From Saccostrea cucullata (taxonomy: Eukaryota): DNA of 64,000 bases. The DNA is taken from NCBI RefSeq assembly GCF_032062105.1, contig NW_026923231.1, forward strand, positions 62,001 to 126,000. The letters are read 5' to 3'. The position numbers and the translations under genes are program-made. Within the stretch, counting starts at the first letter, position 1, and every line of letters starts with the position of its first letter. The notes beneath the pieces are model-generated. The model had not been told where the DNA came from, made no database searches, and saw nothing but the letters and a program-made list of their open reading frames with translations. Shown one piece after another: positions 24,493 to 38,242 of the stretch.

Positions 24493-25967
24493 TTTCAAAG
24501 TTTCAAATAAATAGATTCAGCAGGTACTAAATTGCAAGTACAAGGAAGGATAAGATCTTGTTTAATAAATTTCCTCAATATATCGTACAAGTATGTGCTA
24601 TATATATGTCTGACATATGTGCACATCCACCTGAAATATATGCGAATATACATGTGTCAACTACTTGAATATAGAAATAAGGCTAAGACAAGTTGTGAAG
24701 TATTTATAAAATTGTCATTGTTATAATGTTGTGAAAAACAAACTGGTCAAATACTGTTCTTAAAACACAACATGTTTTCGTCAAATACAAATCAGGAAAG
24801 GTGTAAACACGGACCTTTAAAGCATCAGAAGTCGGACAATACCACAAATTTATGAAAACATAATCTGCAGGCATAGGCAAATCAATGGACGGATCAACAT
24901 CAAAACAATTGCCAATAATATTAGTTTGGTAAACTTCAGACAGCATTTTACTAGATAAGTTTTTTTTATTTACTGAAATGTCCATTGTATATGACTTTAA
25001 ACAAGATTGATCATATTATTGTTTCATAAACTTGTTTGTCTCTAACTTATATCGCTTAATAATCAGTTTATACATAATTATATCATGCCCTTGGATACCA
25101 AACTGAGAGATATAAACCTTGTTTGCAAGTGATAAGGGAATAATGTTTTATAAGCAAGGGAATCTAACAATTTAAGAGTTTAAGCTTTTACCTGTATATG
25201 TTTCGTAAAGTTTTTAAAAGCTTTTTGTTTAAATAATATACCAAAATATGAATTACATTCGTCAAAGTCTGTACAATGATTTTAACTTCAAGTCCACTGG
25301 TATATATTGTTGACATCTGAATCTAAATCACTCTATACATGTAGTTGTTAATTTATAATACGTCGTCCATATATCTAAATACAATTTAAAATGACATTTT
25401 TAAAAGAAAAAGTATAGTTAGGGGTTCTATTGTACCAATAACATTGATTGTTTTCAAAGCTATGGACTTGGCTCAATATAAATCTGATTATATACATGTA
25501 TATATGAATGTGAAGAACCATGAAAGATTATGGGATGAAGTAGAAACATCCTGAGAATACTAGAAGGCCATAATGATCTTGGCATTTTTCTAAATTTCAA
25601 ACAGAATTAAAATACCTAATATGACTAATTTCAGGGGTAATTTCTCATTAGAAAGCAGTAATCACCGCCTTTGCCCACTTTTCAGATATTTTCACAATTT
25701 TTTAAACATTATTTTTACAATTATTTTTAATTGTGTACGATCCTTTCAAAAAAATCTTAATTTTTAAAATCTTCATGGGCACTGTTTGTGCTCTAAATTA
25801 TCTGAAAGAAAATTCAACTGAAAATTGAAGTCTTCTGGTACATGTAGATTTTTAAAAATACGGGAAAATGAACTAGTCTACTTAATGATGTCACAATTAG
25901 CATATAAGAGGTCTTATAGATATAAAAAAATTGTTTATTCTTAATTAATGGAAATGGGACTTCTATG

Positions 25968-26167
25968 AATAGACCCTTTCACGATAACTGCAGTACTGCT
26001 CTTTTGCAGGGCTACATGTTATATCTTGGTGAAATATGACGTAAAAGTACATGTACATGTAATTGTTTAGAATATGTCATTTAATTATCTATCAACAAAA
26101 ACTTCGCCAAACGTTATTAATTTGCCCTGCAAAAGAGTTGTACCGCAGTTGTCGTGAAGGGACTATT
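25968..26167. mobile_element. MITE with ~45-bp TIRs
   Basis: AATAGACCCTTTCACGATAACTGCAGTAC...CTCTTTTGCAGGGC versus GCCCTGCAAAAGAG...GCAGTTGTCGTGAAGGGACTATT. Confidence 0.75.
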
Positions 26168-26419
26168 AAGAAATTGTGGATTTTTTTACGTTACTTCCAT
26201 CTTATATAAATTACAGGGTCAAATATGTATTGGAACTGCATTTTGTTCCTTAAAATATTTAAGAATGAAAAAAGAAAAAAAAATCTAATGGACAGACAAT
26301 GGAAGGCTCTGCTATACAAGCAGTATTTTTCATTGCCTATGACCTAAAAGTGTGTCATGCTATAGAAATATAAATCTAAGGATAATCGGGGTAATTAAAA
26401 GACATTGGGATAATAATTA

Positions 26420-27439
26420 GGGTGAGTTCACCATCCATCGGATACATACCTTGCTTCAGACAACTTTAGCCCATTTACTCTCTTTCAACTTAAGAGTTCT
26501 GTGTATTTATTTGTTTCTGTCTTAAAGATGAAGATTTAAATTTTTAATGATACCGATTGTGTTTACCATGTTGTGATAAAAATGCCCCAACAATGGCCTT
26601 GAATACGTCATATTTCACATCATCAAAGGGGAATAACCCGAAATTTATGATTTTGCAATTTCTTTTAAATTCGATTTTCACGGAACGAGTCGGACTTTGG
26701 TGAATTTTGTCAGGGATACGTAATTTTACATAAATTATAAAGAAATTCACTGTAATGTTTGTTTAATTCTTATTAGAGCTGGTTTTTACTAGTATGCTAG
26801 TATTTACTAGTATGCTAATTTCACCGTACATCGGACACAAATTAAACATGCATCGGACGCTTTTCGATGCAAAGGTTAGCACTACCATTTTCATACAGAA
26901 CCCAGTTGACAGCTGTTTTTTTCGCGGAAAAAGAAAATAAAAAATTTTCAGTCAAAATACAAGTTATCGATATATGACGTCTGGAATTTGACTCAATTTA
27001 TTTCTACAAACCAGAGTGTGATAAACCATGAGAAAAAGGTGCGAATAACCGCATTATAAGCATTTTAAAGCAGTTCTAAGGCAGAGTGATGTATCTTAAA
27101 CCGTTCTACATTTGTGCAACGATATCTACAATTAAATTTAAGTTGAGGTTTACATCTTAGATAAAATATGAAAATATAATCATATCAAGGATTTTAAAGC
27201 ACTGTGATAAAGGTATGATATTTTTCTGGTCTAAATGTCGTCTGTCCGATGCATGGTGAACAATGTCCGATCCATGGTGAATTCTCGGTTAATCCTAAAA
27301 ACTCCAATTTTGGGGATATTTTCTCAATACAGGGCATATAATTGTGTCCAAAATTGTTATTTTAATCACAAACTAAATGTTAAGCTCCATTTTGAACTTG
27401 TTGAAATACAAGGGTGTCCGATGCATGGTGAATTCACCC
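26420..27439. mobile_element. Non-autonomous TIR element (GGGTGA...TCACCC), TA-flanked
   Basis: GGGTGAGTTCACCATCCATCGGATAC / GTGTCCGATGCATGGTGAATTCACCC, with internal copies of the TCCGATGCATGGTGAA motif. Confidence 0.75.
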
Positions 27440-28533
27440 TAAAATATAACTTGTATGAAGTCTTTCATTTGTAGAAACGTTTTCTGTTTATATTTCATAT
27501 AAGGATTGTTTGTGACATTAGAATAAAATTTGAATTGAAGTTAAGGTCATATACCCACATTTGAACAATATTAAGTACTTCTTAATTACAATCTTTTTCT
27601 ATTAATTGAAAACTTACTGGGTGTCATGACTTCAAACTAAAGTTATTTTACCAGCTGCAATGTCCTTAAAAGAAATGTATGAGTTTACTCATTCCTTTTA
27701 CTTGGGAAAAGTGGTACAGTGAAGTTGTCGATTGTCACAAATATGCATATCCACCAAGGGTACATCATGATTCTCATCAAAGAACATTTTAGAAAGTTCA
27801 AGTGCGACATGTGTTCCCAAATGTAAACTTGCTTTTGAAAAGAAAAAGTTCATTCTGCAGTGAGCAGACAGCAATCCACGATCAATGGCAAATTATAATC
27901 ACAAGCACTCGATGTGTCAAGCCCTTTACTCTCTATTCTATTTTAATTTAAGATGTCAAGGGGTCTTACAAGTATATTGTAAATATTTTTCTTAGAAATC
28001 CAAAAGCTGAAAAGAAAGTCAAACGTTCATGCTTTCGATGCTTCTTACATGTACCACGGGTTCCATCAGTAGGAAGTAATAGATGGGCAAGTAATGATTT
28101 ATTTATTAATTATTTTATTCCAAAAAAGTAAAATGTAAACAAGTTAGTAAAGGTCTGTGGCAATTTTAAACAGATTATATAGAATTATGTGTTGCACAGA
28201 ACTATGCTATCTTGAAGATAATGGAAGTTTATCTTCTTTTTTTTTCTCATTGACATATATTTCATTATTTTTAGGTTTTTCATGAAGCTTAATCTCTGCA
28301 AATTTCCTGGAGCGGAAAAAAATCTCTGGATTCATTAGGTATGCAATAAACATTTCGCCTATTTTGCGTCTATCATCTTGGGCTTCTTTCACAATGTCTA
28401 CAACATTTGCCCTCTTGAATAGTGGCTATGATGTTTTGGTCTAATTTCAATAAGGTAAGTTTGATTTCAAATCTATAGGCTGAGACTATTGTTTTATTTC
28501 TTACCCTTCCAACTAAAAATCCCTCCAACATTC

Positions 28534-28878
28534 ATTATACCCCCGCTTGAAAAGCGGGAGGGTATATAGTTACTGTTATGTCCGTCCGTCTGTCTGTCTG
28601 TCTGTCTGTCTGACTGTCTGTACGTCCGTCCGTCCGTCTGTTACGCTTAGGGGTACCCATCTCTTATCTGCAACCCCTCTCATACCACTAAAGAAAATTA
28701 AATGAAACTTTCACAGAATCTTTATTACATATTGTCATTGGGCACCTCCTATTTTACTTTTTGATCTGACGTATATTTTGGATTTTCCAGAGCAAAACAT
28801 GGACACTGCCATTTTATTCATATAGGAGGCAGGGGTTATCATTTAGTGAGCTCATTGCTCACAGTACCTCTAGTTTTC
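28534..28878 (-). mobile_element. HINE, same family as 18404-18748
   Basis: Reverse-complement similarity, (GTCT/GTCC)n tract and hairpin CCCGCTTGAAAAGCGGG. Confidence 0.8.
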
Positions 28879-31800
28879 TTAATTATCGGACGAGTTTCCT
28901 GTGACATTAGAAAATCGAACATGGCTATTGTTGTGTTAATTATAAGTGCATGTAATATTATGCTTTCATGTTACATACTGGTGCATGCTTGTTGTAATTT
29001 TGGGTCGCCCTTTACTCTTGGCGATCTCTTGCTGCTTAATATATGCAACGACCAACAATTCCCACTATCAAAATAAACGTGCATAAAATCATGTTTGTTT
29101 TACTTTCCTCTGTATGAATAAGTATCAAAAGTGTCCCTTTTTATTATTTAAAGCAATATAAATGCATCTCATTTGATTTCAAACGTTTTAGGAGATTGAT
29201 ACAAAAACCCAACCAAACCTCTATTTTCCGAGTTACAGGCTTTACAACTCTGGCTTCTTCATTCTTATAATTTCATATTTTTCTGTAGAAAATATGTACC
29301 TTCAACAACTTTCCTCTAAAAGCATTTGAATAAAAGCACGTTTTCCAATAGTATCAAAATACACTATAGCAAACTATGAAAAAGATATCATGATTATAAA
29401 ATAATTTTAATCGGAATGTCCTTTAATAAAAAAACGGTTCAGATGATGAATATTTTAGCCAATAAGAGGTGGTTCATGGAATACATTTTATAAATAATTG
29501 AGTTAAAGAATGGTTCATTATTGAATACCACGAGATTACTTGGGACTCAAGTAAGTGGTTAGTGGTGACAGAACTTATACGTTTTGTAATTCGGTAATAG
29601 CATTTTGGTATCCCTTTATATTATCAGCAGGCATAATGAAAAATATGATTTTCCTACAAATGTCAATATAGACTGTGCTTAATGATATATTCACCTCTAA
29701 ATATATCCATATCAAATTATTGATGTAAGTTTTTCTTTTATGACGACCATCCATTGTGAAGCTATTGAAACTTCTCTTTTAATACATATTCGTTTTACAA
29801 CTTCTACTGATAAAGAATGAGTGCACTTAAGCTATGAGAGTTGGAACCTTTTCGGCTACCCATTTTAAGCTTAACATTACAATATATCGCTAAATTAATC
29901 TATGATTAATGTGCAAGCACATGCTTTTAATATTTATTTCTAGAATTTTTTGTCATACATATTTCTATACTTACAGAAAATGTAATTGAAAAGAACATGT
30001 AAAAGCCTTAAATTCCGGAAATTTGAACGGGACCACTTTCGAATCTAAGGTATCAGCAAATAGGCGGAGTCCCCATTTAAACCGCATGGTTGTGGAATGT
30101 AAACATTAGCACATGTGATTTTTTCGCACTACGAATTTAAATGGAGAAGACAGAGCTCTTGTTGATTTTATGGTGCACAATCACTGCATGAAAAGTCGCG
30201 TTTAATATAATTTAATAAATTCGTTTACTCCAGTATATTTCTTGTATTGAATTTAATTTATGTATAACGGTACATTTTACATGAGATATATTGTGATATA
30301 ATTAAATACAGTTTTCAAATAAGTATAATCATATTTAATGCAAAATACGTCGAGAATAATATAGTTTAATTGAGATAATTATACGTCCCGTTTAAGAATA
30401 TCGACATGTAAAAGTAAATATGCTTATACTTAAAGTTTAAGTACATTTTTGGTATTTTGAATATGTCATAAATAATTCTTTATACTTAATGTAAACTTAT
30501 GTTGAAACATTTTTGAAAAAAAATATTTAGGCACCCTATTCATTTTAATTTATTTATTTCTCATTTTTATTTATTTAACCCTTGTGTAGATTTTTCAAAA
30601 CTGTGGAATATAACTTAGTTTTTTCTCTATCGACTACCACTGTAGTACAATTACATCGGGATCGAAGTCGGGCTCGAAAAGCAATTTATTTAAAAACAAC
30701 ACACCGCGCCGAAATTCAATTTTTTGGAGAGTTCCACGCAGCCATGTTGAATTTGATCATGATGTTATACGGGAGGAAGGGGCGAAAGAGAGTTACTCGA
30801 AAAGGAGAAGCATGATAAACTTTGGATGGAATTTATGTTTTAATAGAAGATGAAGACATTTACGACCCTGTTTAGCGGTAGGAACAATGCACAAAATTTT
30901 ATCATGTGTCCTTGAATGAATAATTGCCTCTGCTACTGATAATATTACTGTTCCTTAGTCTGGGCTGTACACATAAAATGCCTGGCAGTAAAAACGTTTG
31001 GACAAGCGCTTTTTACATTTTGTAATAATTATTTAACACTTAACCATCTTACTTAAAGATGGATTTTGGGATTGGTTTCAGAATTTTTGTCACTAATGTG
31101 TTCCTCTGTTCAGCATTTACAGAGAGTGTTGTACAATGTAATAAATTATTTATTTATTTCTTAATGCCTACTCAAGAATATATTGAGCACTTATTTTGAT
31201 TATTTAAATAGTTGCAGTGTGGACTGTGCCTGAGACGATTCCCCATAACGCCGGCTATGTAGACAGCTTGTGAAAATGGTGAGAACCATACCGCTCAAAT
31301 TTTCTATTATCACAAATAAACAATGTTTTATTAACTTGTATCTTTATGCATAAAAGTATAAAAAATATTGCAACAACTTGAAATGCTATATACCAATTGC
31401 AAGTAGACAATGCGAGGTTTATATTCTTATTTTCCTTATCTTAAAAATACAATAGCAATGGATTCTGAGCTATGCATAATTTTTTTACGTTAAATACGTA
31501 AGCATGAATTATTAAAAATAGCTATCACATTCTATGATGCACAATTATGCATGCATTATTTACAGGAATCCAAATGCTCACAAGAAATGACAAAAGCAGT
31601 ATGAAGATTAACACAACGGTAAGATTTCTTAAATTTTCTGATAAGATCAATAAAATCAAATGAATTGATTTATTTTAGCTCACCTAAATGGCTCCAGCCA
31701 TTTTAAGACCTGAGCGAGTTTTCTGTTCTGTGTCTGGTATTCGTCGGTCATCTATAAACTTTTCAAATTTTTACATTCATGAGAATTATTCCTAGTTTGA

Positions 31801-32009
31801 ATAAAAATCCCTGCAAGATACATCTTTTCTTTCAGAAATTGTGCCAGAAAAGTTTGAAGTAGGTATGGGAATGATCAACATTGAACTTGCTGAGGCTCTC
31901 TTCCTGAAAGTGACTTGACCAGATATTTGGCTACCCAGTATGAGGTACAAACTAATCATTTGTTGTATAACTTATTGTGTATGAGATTGCCACCATTTAC
32001 TGGAAGTTT

Positions 32010-32408
32010 CAGGGATTTTACACTACCCCGTGTAGGGCCGAATATGGGCCCCATTCGGATTCCCAATTGCAAATTCCTTCCATTTTTCCCAAATATGGTT
32101 AGCATGAGTTCAATTTTTGAAACTCCACAAAGTCAACTGATAAAATTTCATGTAAAACAAACATGGTCAGGTTGAAATGGATGAAATGAACATAATTTGT
32201 TGGAAACTTGACTAAAACTTAGAATAATTAATCTATTCTCTGAATTATAGTTCTGAATAATGAAGTAAAAATCAATTTTATTGATTATAAGTGTTTATTT
32301 CTTGAAAATTTTCATGCAATAGAAATTCCCCAAAAGTGATAAAATGTCGTTAAATTCCCAATTGCAAGGGCCTGGGCCCCTTTCCCAAAATGGTATGGAA
32401 AATCCCTG
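32010..32408. mobile_element. hAT-like MITE (CAGGGATTTT...AAAATCCCTG) with 5-bp TSD AGTTT
   Basis: TIR and TSD read directly; internal GGGCCCC/TTCCCAA repeats. Confidence 0.75.
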
Positions 32409-32514
32409 AGTTTGCATTTGTTGTCCACTTAAAAAACTCGCTATCTACAGTGTAAGTTGTTAATATATTTTACTTTATGTTAAATCACTTGTTCATTATC
32501 CCAATAACTTGCAT

Positions 32515-33465
32515 GTTAAATGCTGTAGATGCTTACCTTTGCATTTAAGTTTACTCTTAAATTCCATGTGTTCCGAGTATGTACACCCATTTCATATCAT
32601 GTTTTGTCGTCTCTAAATTTAATATAATACATATATGTACTAGATCACAAAGTTTGAGGATTTTATTATTGTATGAATGTTATCTACTTGCTCTATATCA
32701 TAAATACATCTGTTTGTATATTTTTTCTACGAGATGCCATACCTGCTTTTAATTTTTCAGATTTTTTTTATCCATAGTATCTTTCTGCTACATTAAATAA
32801 AATATCGTGGAGGAACACGAAGAAAAGGGCTGCGCACCTCAACATATTCAAGGTCAAGCAGGTAAATACATTGGTAAATTGCTAAAAAAAAGATGGCAAA
32901 AAGTCACCAAACCCCAATTGACATGTACTTCCACAAATTCTGCAGCTTGCTGCTGTGAAACTATATATATGTGTGTCTTAATATGATAAATGCTGTAAAT
33001 GCTATTCTTTGCATTTTCCTAAACTTTGTAAATCTTCAAATTCCATGTGCTCGGACTACGGTACCATTATGTATGTTTCATATCATATCCTATAAATTTG
33101 ATCTATATATATAATTATATGTTTTTTTTTTATGAAATTCACTTAACTAGATGACACAGAGAATTTTTTTCATTGTGTAAAATGATATCTTCTTGCTGTA
33201 GTCATGTTAGTCATAAGTATACCCTGTTTGTATATTTTTTCTCCTTTTTTGTATATTCTTTCTATGGAGAGCCACACCTGTTATTAATTTTTCATATTTT
33301 GTTTCTGACAGCTTTTTACCATATCCATAGTATCTTGCTGCTAAATGAAAGAATTTGTGTGGAGGAGCAGAGAAAAGGTAAAATGCTCCAAACAAAAAGA
33401 TGGTGAAAAAAATCATTAGACCCAAATTAACACGCTTCCAAATCTGTAGCTCGCTGGCCTGAAAT
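32515..33465 (+). repeat. Diverged ~470-bp tandem duplication
   Basis: 32515-32960 resembles 32990-33465 (AAATGCTGTA.ATGC...AAATTCCATGTG...TATCCATAGTATCT...GTGGAGGA). Confidence 0.65.
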
Positions 33466-34243
33466 TATAGATAATTATCTGTCTTTATTACCCAGATTTG
33501 AAAAAATGGCATATCTCTTGTAGTCTTCTGTAAATTTTTAATTAAGCAAAATTGAGCTGTGTTTCCTCTAGGTCAAATGATAATTTTAAAATCAACTCAG
33601 ATTTTGTTTTTACTATTAAATATATGCAATTGCATAAATCCGGAAGCACACATATAATATGTATATATAGGCAAATGGGTATTTATTTTTATGTTTATTG
33701 TAGAAATTAGGAGCTAGGGGTGCTTCTCCAGAGCTGAAAACTTCTTGGCATGAAGAGAAGAAGAAGCAAGAAAAAGCAGTTTTATATATTGATTACATCT
33801 TCATAGTACAAAAAATGATTCTAATGATAATACTATCTATGAAATTAGAAAGCTGAAGTTGTGTTCTGATGAATGTGAGAATGTCTTCAAAGAACAGGAC
33901 ACCAAAAGTGCCATTCTCAAATCAAAGCACTCTAAAAGGCAGAGCATAAGAAGAACTAGGACAAATAAAGAATCTAAAAGAGTCAAACCTATGGATGTAT
34001 TAATTGAACAGAGATGGGCTATTAGAGATGAAATATCTGAGTTGCTACTGTTTTGCACAAATTCAATTTTAGATAAGAAAAATATACCTAGTGTTGTATT
34101 TTTGACAGTGAAAGCTTTTTCTTATGCTTGATTACAGATTAAAACTGTTATGTTTTTTATTGTTTAAACATTTATTGGTCTGCAATCACATACATTTTAA
34201 TCTTGATTTATATATCACATGTATGTACAAGTCTAACTTAAAT

Positions 34244-35185
34244 AATAAGTGCATGGACATTTTTGTGGAAAAAATAAGACAATCATGATTAAGGGTAGTC
34301 TGAAAGAGCTTTGCTGGCAGTAAGTTGCAGATCTTGATACCCAAGTAAGAGAAAGGTGGCGTCTCTGACCGATCCTTTTGCTGTTGCTTGTGGGCGAGTG
34401 AGGCTTCTCTGTCAGTGGCTTAGTGAGTCATAGATGTAAAAAATAGAATAGGCAAATGAGGTAGAGACATTTCTGAGTAAAAAAGGGGTGAATTGTGATT
34501 TTAATAAATATTATAATTGATATTGCAAGAGTAAATAAATGCGAATTGCAAGAGTAAAATATTAATTTGTTTCCTTCCATTTGAAGTAAGAGAGTTTATG
34601 AATTATGAGTTATGGAATTGTAATTAAGGCTTAAAAAATTGTTAAATATACTTTTACATATGTTTATACAGGACTTTTATATGTGCATGTTTCAGAGCTC
34701 ATTTTTGATATTTTAAAGCAAAGTTGAAAATATCACTATTGAAATGTTTTGCATTCCAATGTAACGTTGATTTAATGAGGATATGTTATATTACAATCAT
34801 CAAGCAATAAACCTAGCAGTTGGAACAGAAATGAGCTACATGTATTGTAAACAAATTTAAGCTGCTATTGTTTTGTGGTTTTGTGTAATTGTGATACTTT
34901 TTCCTTATTTTGAATTGACATAACCAAATGATATAAGGGATTTTTTTGGGTCTTGTATTTTTCACAGTCAACATTAAGTATTTTTCAAGTAGAACTTGGA
35001 TAATAAGTGCATGGAATCTATTGTGGAAATACTTGGGAAACAATATAAGGGTGGTCTAAAAGAGCTTTGCTGGCAGTAAGTTGCAGATCTTGATACCCAA
35101 GCAAGAGAAAGGTGGTGTCTCTGACTGATCCTTTTGCTGTTGCTTGTGGGCGAGTGAGGCTTCTCTGTTAGTGGCTTAGTGTGTC
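34244..35185 (+). repeat. Direct repeat pair of ~185 bp (34244-34428 and 35001-35185)
   Basis: Near-identical AAAGAGCTTTGCTGGCAGTAAGTTGCAGATCTTGATACCCAAG...GGGCGAGTGAGGCTTCTCTG. Confidence 0.85.
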
Positions 35186-38100
35186 TTATTAAAATGTACA
35201 TGTAAAAAGAATGGACAACTTTTATTGGCAACTTTTACTCTTTTTATGCAAAGTATGATATAATTTATTGTGGGAAATTGAAAAGCCATTTACAACCCAT
35301 GCAGAAGTTTTAATAGGGGCAGTTTCAGTCAGATTTTGCAGTCTTTTGGAGTCCAGAATGACTACATTTTTTACCTGTTGTGTTTTAATTTATTGCGGAT
35401 TTGAATTTTACATACAATACTATTCTTATATTATTTATAATTACTTCAGTATATTACTTACTACTAGTATGTAGAAATTTACTCCATTATAATTGAGCTA
35501 CAATCATGATTGTAATTTTTTTAATTCTGACTTTTAGGCTTAGATTTGAAATATTTTGTACTTTGTTAGAACTCATTGTTTGTACACTATTGAGATAACA
35601 TCTAATAAAATTGAATGAGAAATGGATTTGTGTAAGATTGTAAAATACTTGCCAAAAAAACCACAAATGTAAACCATACAAATTATTGATGGAATAAATG
35701 TAAAATAAAAATATTATGCAATAATATAATAATGTTAAATTTCATCAAATACAACCTTAAATCTTAATTATATGGGAAGGTTTAATCAGTACATTTTCAT
35801 TACATATACAAGAGATTTAATATTAGTTTATGAAAGAATAAAATTTGCACGTATTAGTAAGTTTACAATTCTCCGTATATAACTTTATTTTTGGAAGTAT
35901 TATAAAGTAAAGTGTGAATTTAACAAAAAATAATGAGGTAAAGATCTACGTTAAATTTTATTAAACGAACAAATTTAATGTGACCGTAAAACTTAATTTT
36001 ATGGCCATGTTTAATAATAATTAAACGTTTTGTATATTAGAGGTATAATAATTGTTTACGGCAGACTAAAATCCGTACGTATTAGTAAGTTTACAATTTT
36101 CCAAACTTTATTAAATTTGTTCTTTTAATTTTTCATTAAACTCGTATTAAATGCTAATTATTTTCTAACATTTACGATCCCACAATATGTTATAATATGC
36201 ATTTAAACATTAAATAATCGCAGCATTTAAATCACATTTAAGGTAAAATTAAACCCGACTTTTCATGCAGTGAATTATGAAATGATTCTGATGATAAGGG
36301 ATGGGGTAGATGTCTCGTTCTACAAACCATAATACAGAGGCGACATAGGCCTATAGATACATGTACTTACTATTGACACTGTCAATACCAGAAATCTTTC
36401 CAAACACCCCTAATGTAAAGCATAAAGTTAAATAAGAGACATATTACATGTATCTTCAAACCCTATTAAAATTTGCGCAAAGATATCCCATAGTTTGAAG
36501 TTGGAAGTACAATAGATACTGTCACAACAGAGACTTACACACAATGAAATGTTCAATGAAAGCATTAGCGTATCGAACAGCAGAATGTCACGTGATTAAG
36601 GTGATTATAATAACAATCGTTATGCACGGTGACTGGTTAATTTAGTAGTTATCTCAACCCTAGCTGGGGACATTTTTTTAAAAATTAGAAATGAGCCGCA
36701 ACTTGGCCAACATTGTCCTTTGGATATGTACAAGTTCAAGTTAAAATACACATTCTGTGCAAAAAAGAAAAATGACCAAGTTGCGGCTCCATGTAAACAA
36801 AGTCGTTGAAAACTGGTATGCATATGAATAATAAAAGAAATGAGACAAAATTATTAGACCCCCGTCTCAAAAGCTGGTGTCGCTCGGCTTTGTTTAATAC
36901 TTTCATGTTATATAATATACCAAAACCTGCTCTTAAGATATTGTTTAATACCTATAAAACATAAATTGAATGAATTTTGGAATTTTATTTTGCGCAAAAC
37001 ATCGGGTTCCAACTTCCATAGCTTAAGTGCAGTCATTCTTTCTTTTCCAGTTCTATTATGTTTTTATTTATTCATGGAGAATAAAAGGTTTTTAGTTTTT
37101 GCTTTTTCATGCCTCTCTCAAGATTTCTCCACTCATATTTTTACTCCACCACAGGCAATTGAAAGGCTGTAAATTTATACAAATATTTGGACCTTTGACT
37201 GCTGCTACGCGAGATCTATGTTAAGATGTCATCAAATAGGCCACTTTCCATGTCCTGCAGTTGGATTTAAACCAGCAACTTAAAGCCGCTCAATCCGAAA
37301 CAGGCACATATGATCTTACACAATAAAAGTACGTCATTACATAGATAAGATATAAAATTAAATTATAAGATTAATTTAATAGATTATTACAACAATCTTT
37401 ACGTGGAAAACATAGATCAAAAACCTTATTGACAAACAGAAGTTCCTGAAAGGAAGTTAAGATCTGTTGTGAAGTCACCTTTGATAAAAATAAATTTATC
37501 GGTTTTATCTAATTATGAAGATAATTCAAACCCGACTATTTTTTTCCATTAGTAGAAGCCTAAGTCATAATCCAATCTAATTAGATTGAATATAATCCAT
37601 AGTAATTTTTATATTATTATGCATATTTAAAGAATTAAAGAAAAATCAGATGTTTTTTAAAGGAAGTTAAGTAACGTCGAAGGATAAAATATTGTCCATG
37701 TACAGATATAAGTACTTTGTTGTAAAAAAATGCTCGGGTTTGTTCTTCATGAGATATACATGTAAGCGATAAATTTAATTTTTCGAAGGTGATTTCACGC
37801 GATATCAACATAGGATTATTTTTTGTGTGACCTAACAAAAATTATTTTTATTAACTTTTGAATTTTGATATCTTTTAAAAGAAAAGGACTTTGGGGATAT
37901 AATTTGACAAAACGTGAAACAATTTATGGACAATTATTTTTCAGGAAGAAAAACAAATATATTTTTTGGCAATTAGAATAGGACCAAGCGGCTTTAAGAA
38001 ATTAATCCTGTCTCTGCGACTTTTTAACAGACTTTCTTTCATGTACCACTGCGACAAGCGGGTGACGACTTTATGGTTAAGATCAACGATTAAAATAATG

Positions 38101-38242
38101 GCGTTGATAAAGACCAAACAACAATATTTCTCTAAGAAATATAAAGTCGTATGTGATAACCACCGTCTAATCAAAAAGTATATCAGTTTAAGAGTTTACC
38201 TTTTTCTTTCTTGTTTTTAAAAATAATTCCCTTTGTACTTAC

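Larger units (their letters stand above)
22170..24720 (+). repeat. Tandem duplication unit around gene B; counterpart around gene C at ~29135-29815 + 37040-39050 + 41075-41120
   Basis: Collinear similarity 22180-22940~29140-29810, 22970-23440~37050-38240 and 24085-24600~38497-39030. Confidence 0.85.
30182..36272. mobile_element. CACTA/EnSpm-like element (CACTG termini, 3-bp TSD AAT) nested in the Spy-like element; carries decayed exon-like segments
   Basis: AAT|CACTGCATGAAAAGTCGCGTTTAAT ... ATTAAACCCGACTTTTCATGCAGTG|AAT. Confidence 0.8.
29815..37038. mobile_element. Spy-like (PHIS) TIR element inserted between AAA and TTT without a TSD
   Basis: ~34-bp TIR GAATGAGTGCACTTAAGCTATGAGAGTTGGAACC / GGTTCCAACTTCCATAGCTTAAGTGCAGTCATTC, with flanks AAA| and |TTT. 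The empty site is visible in the paralogous unit at ~22935-22960. Confidence 0.7.
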
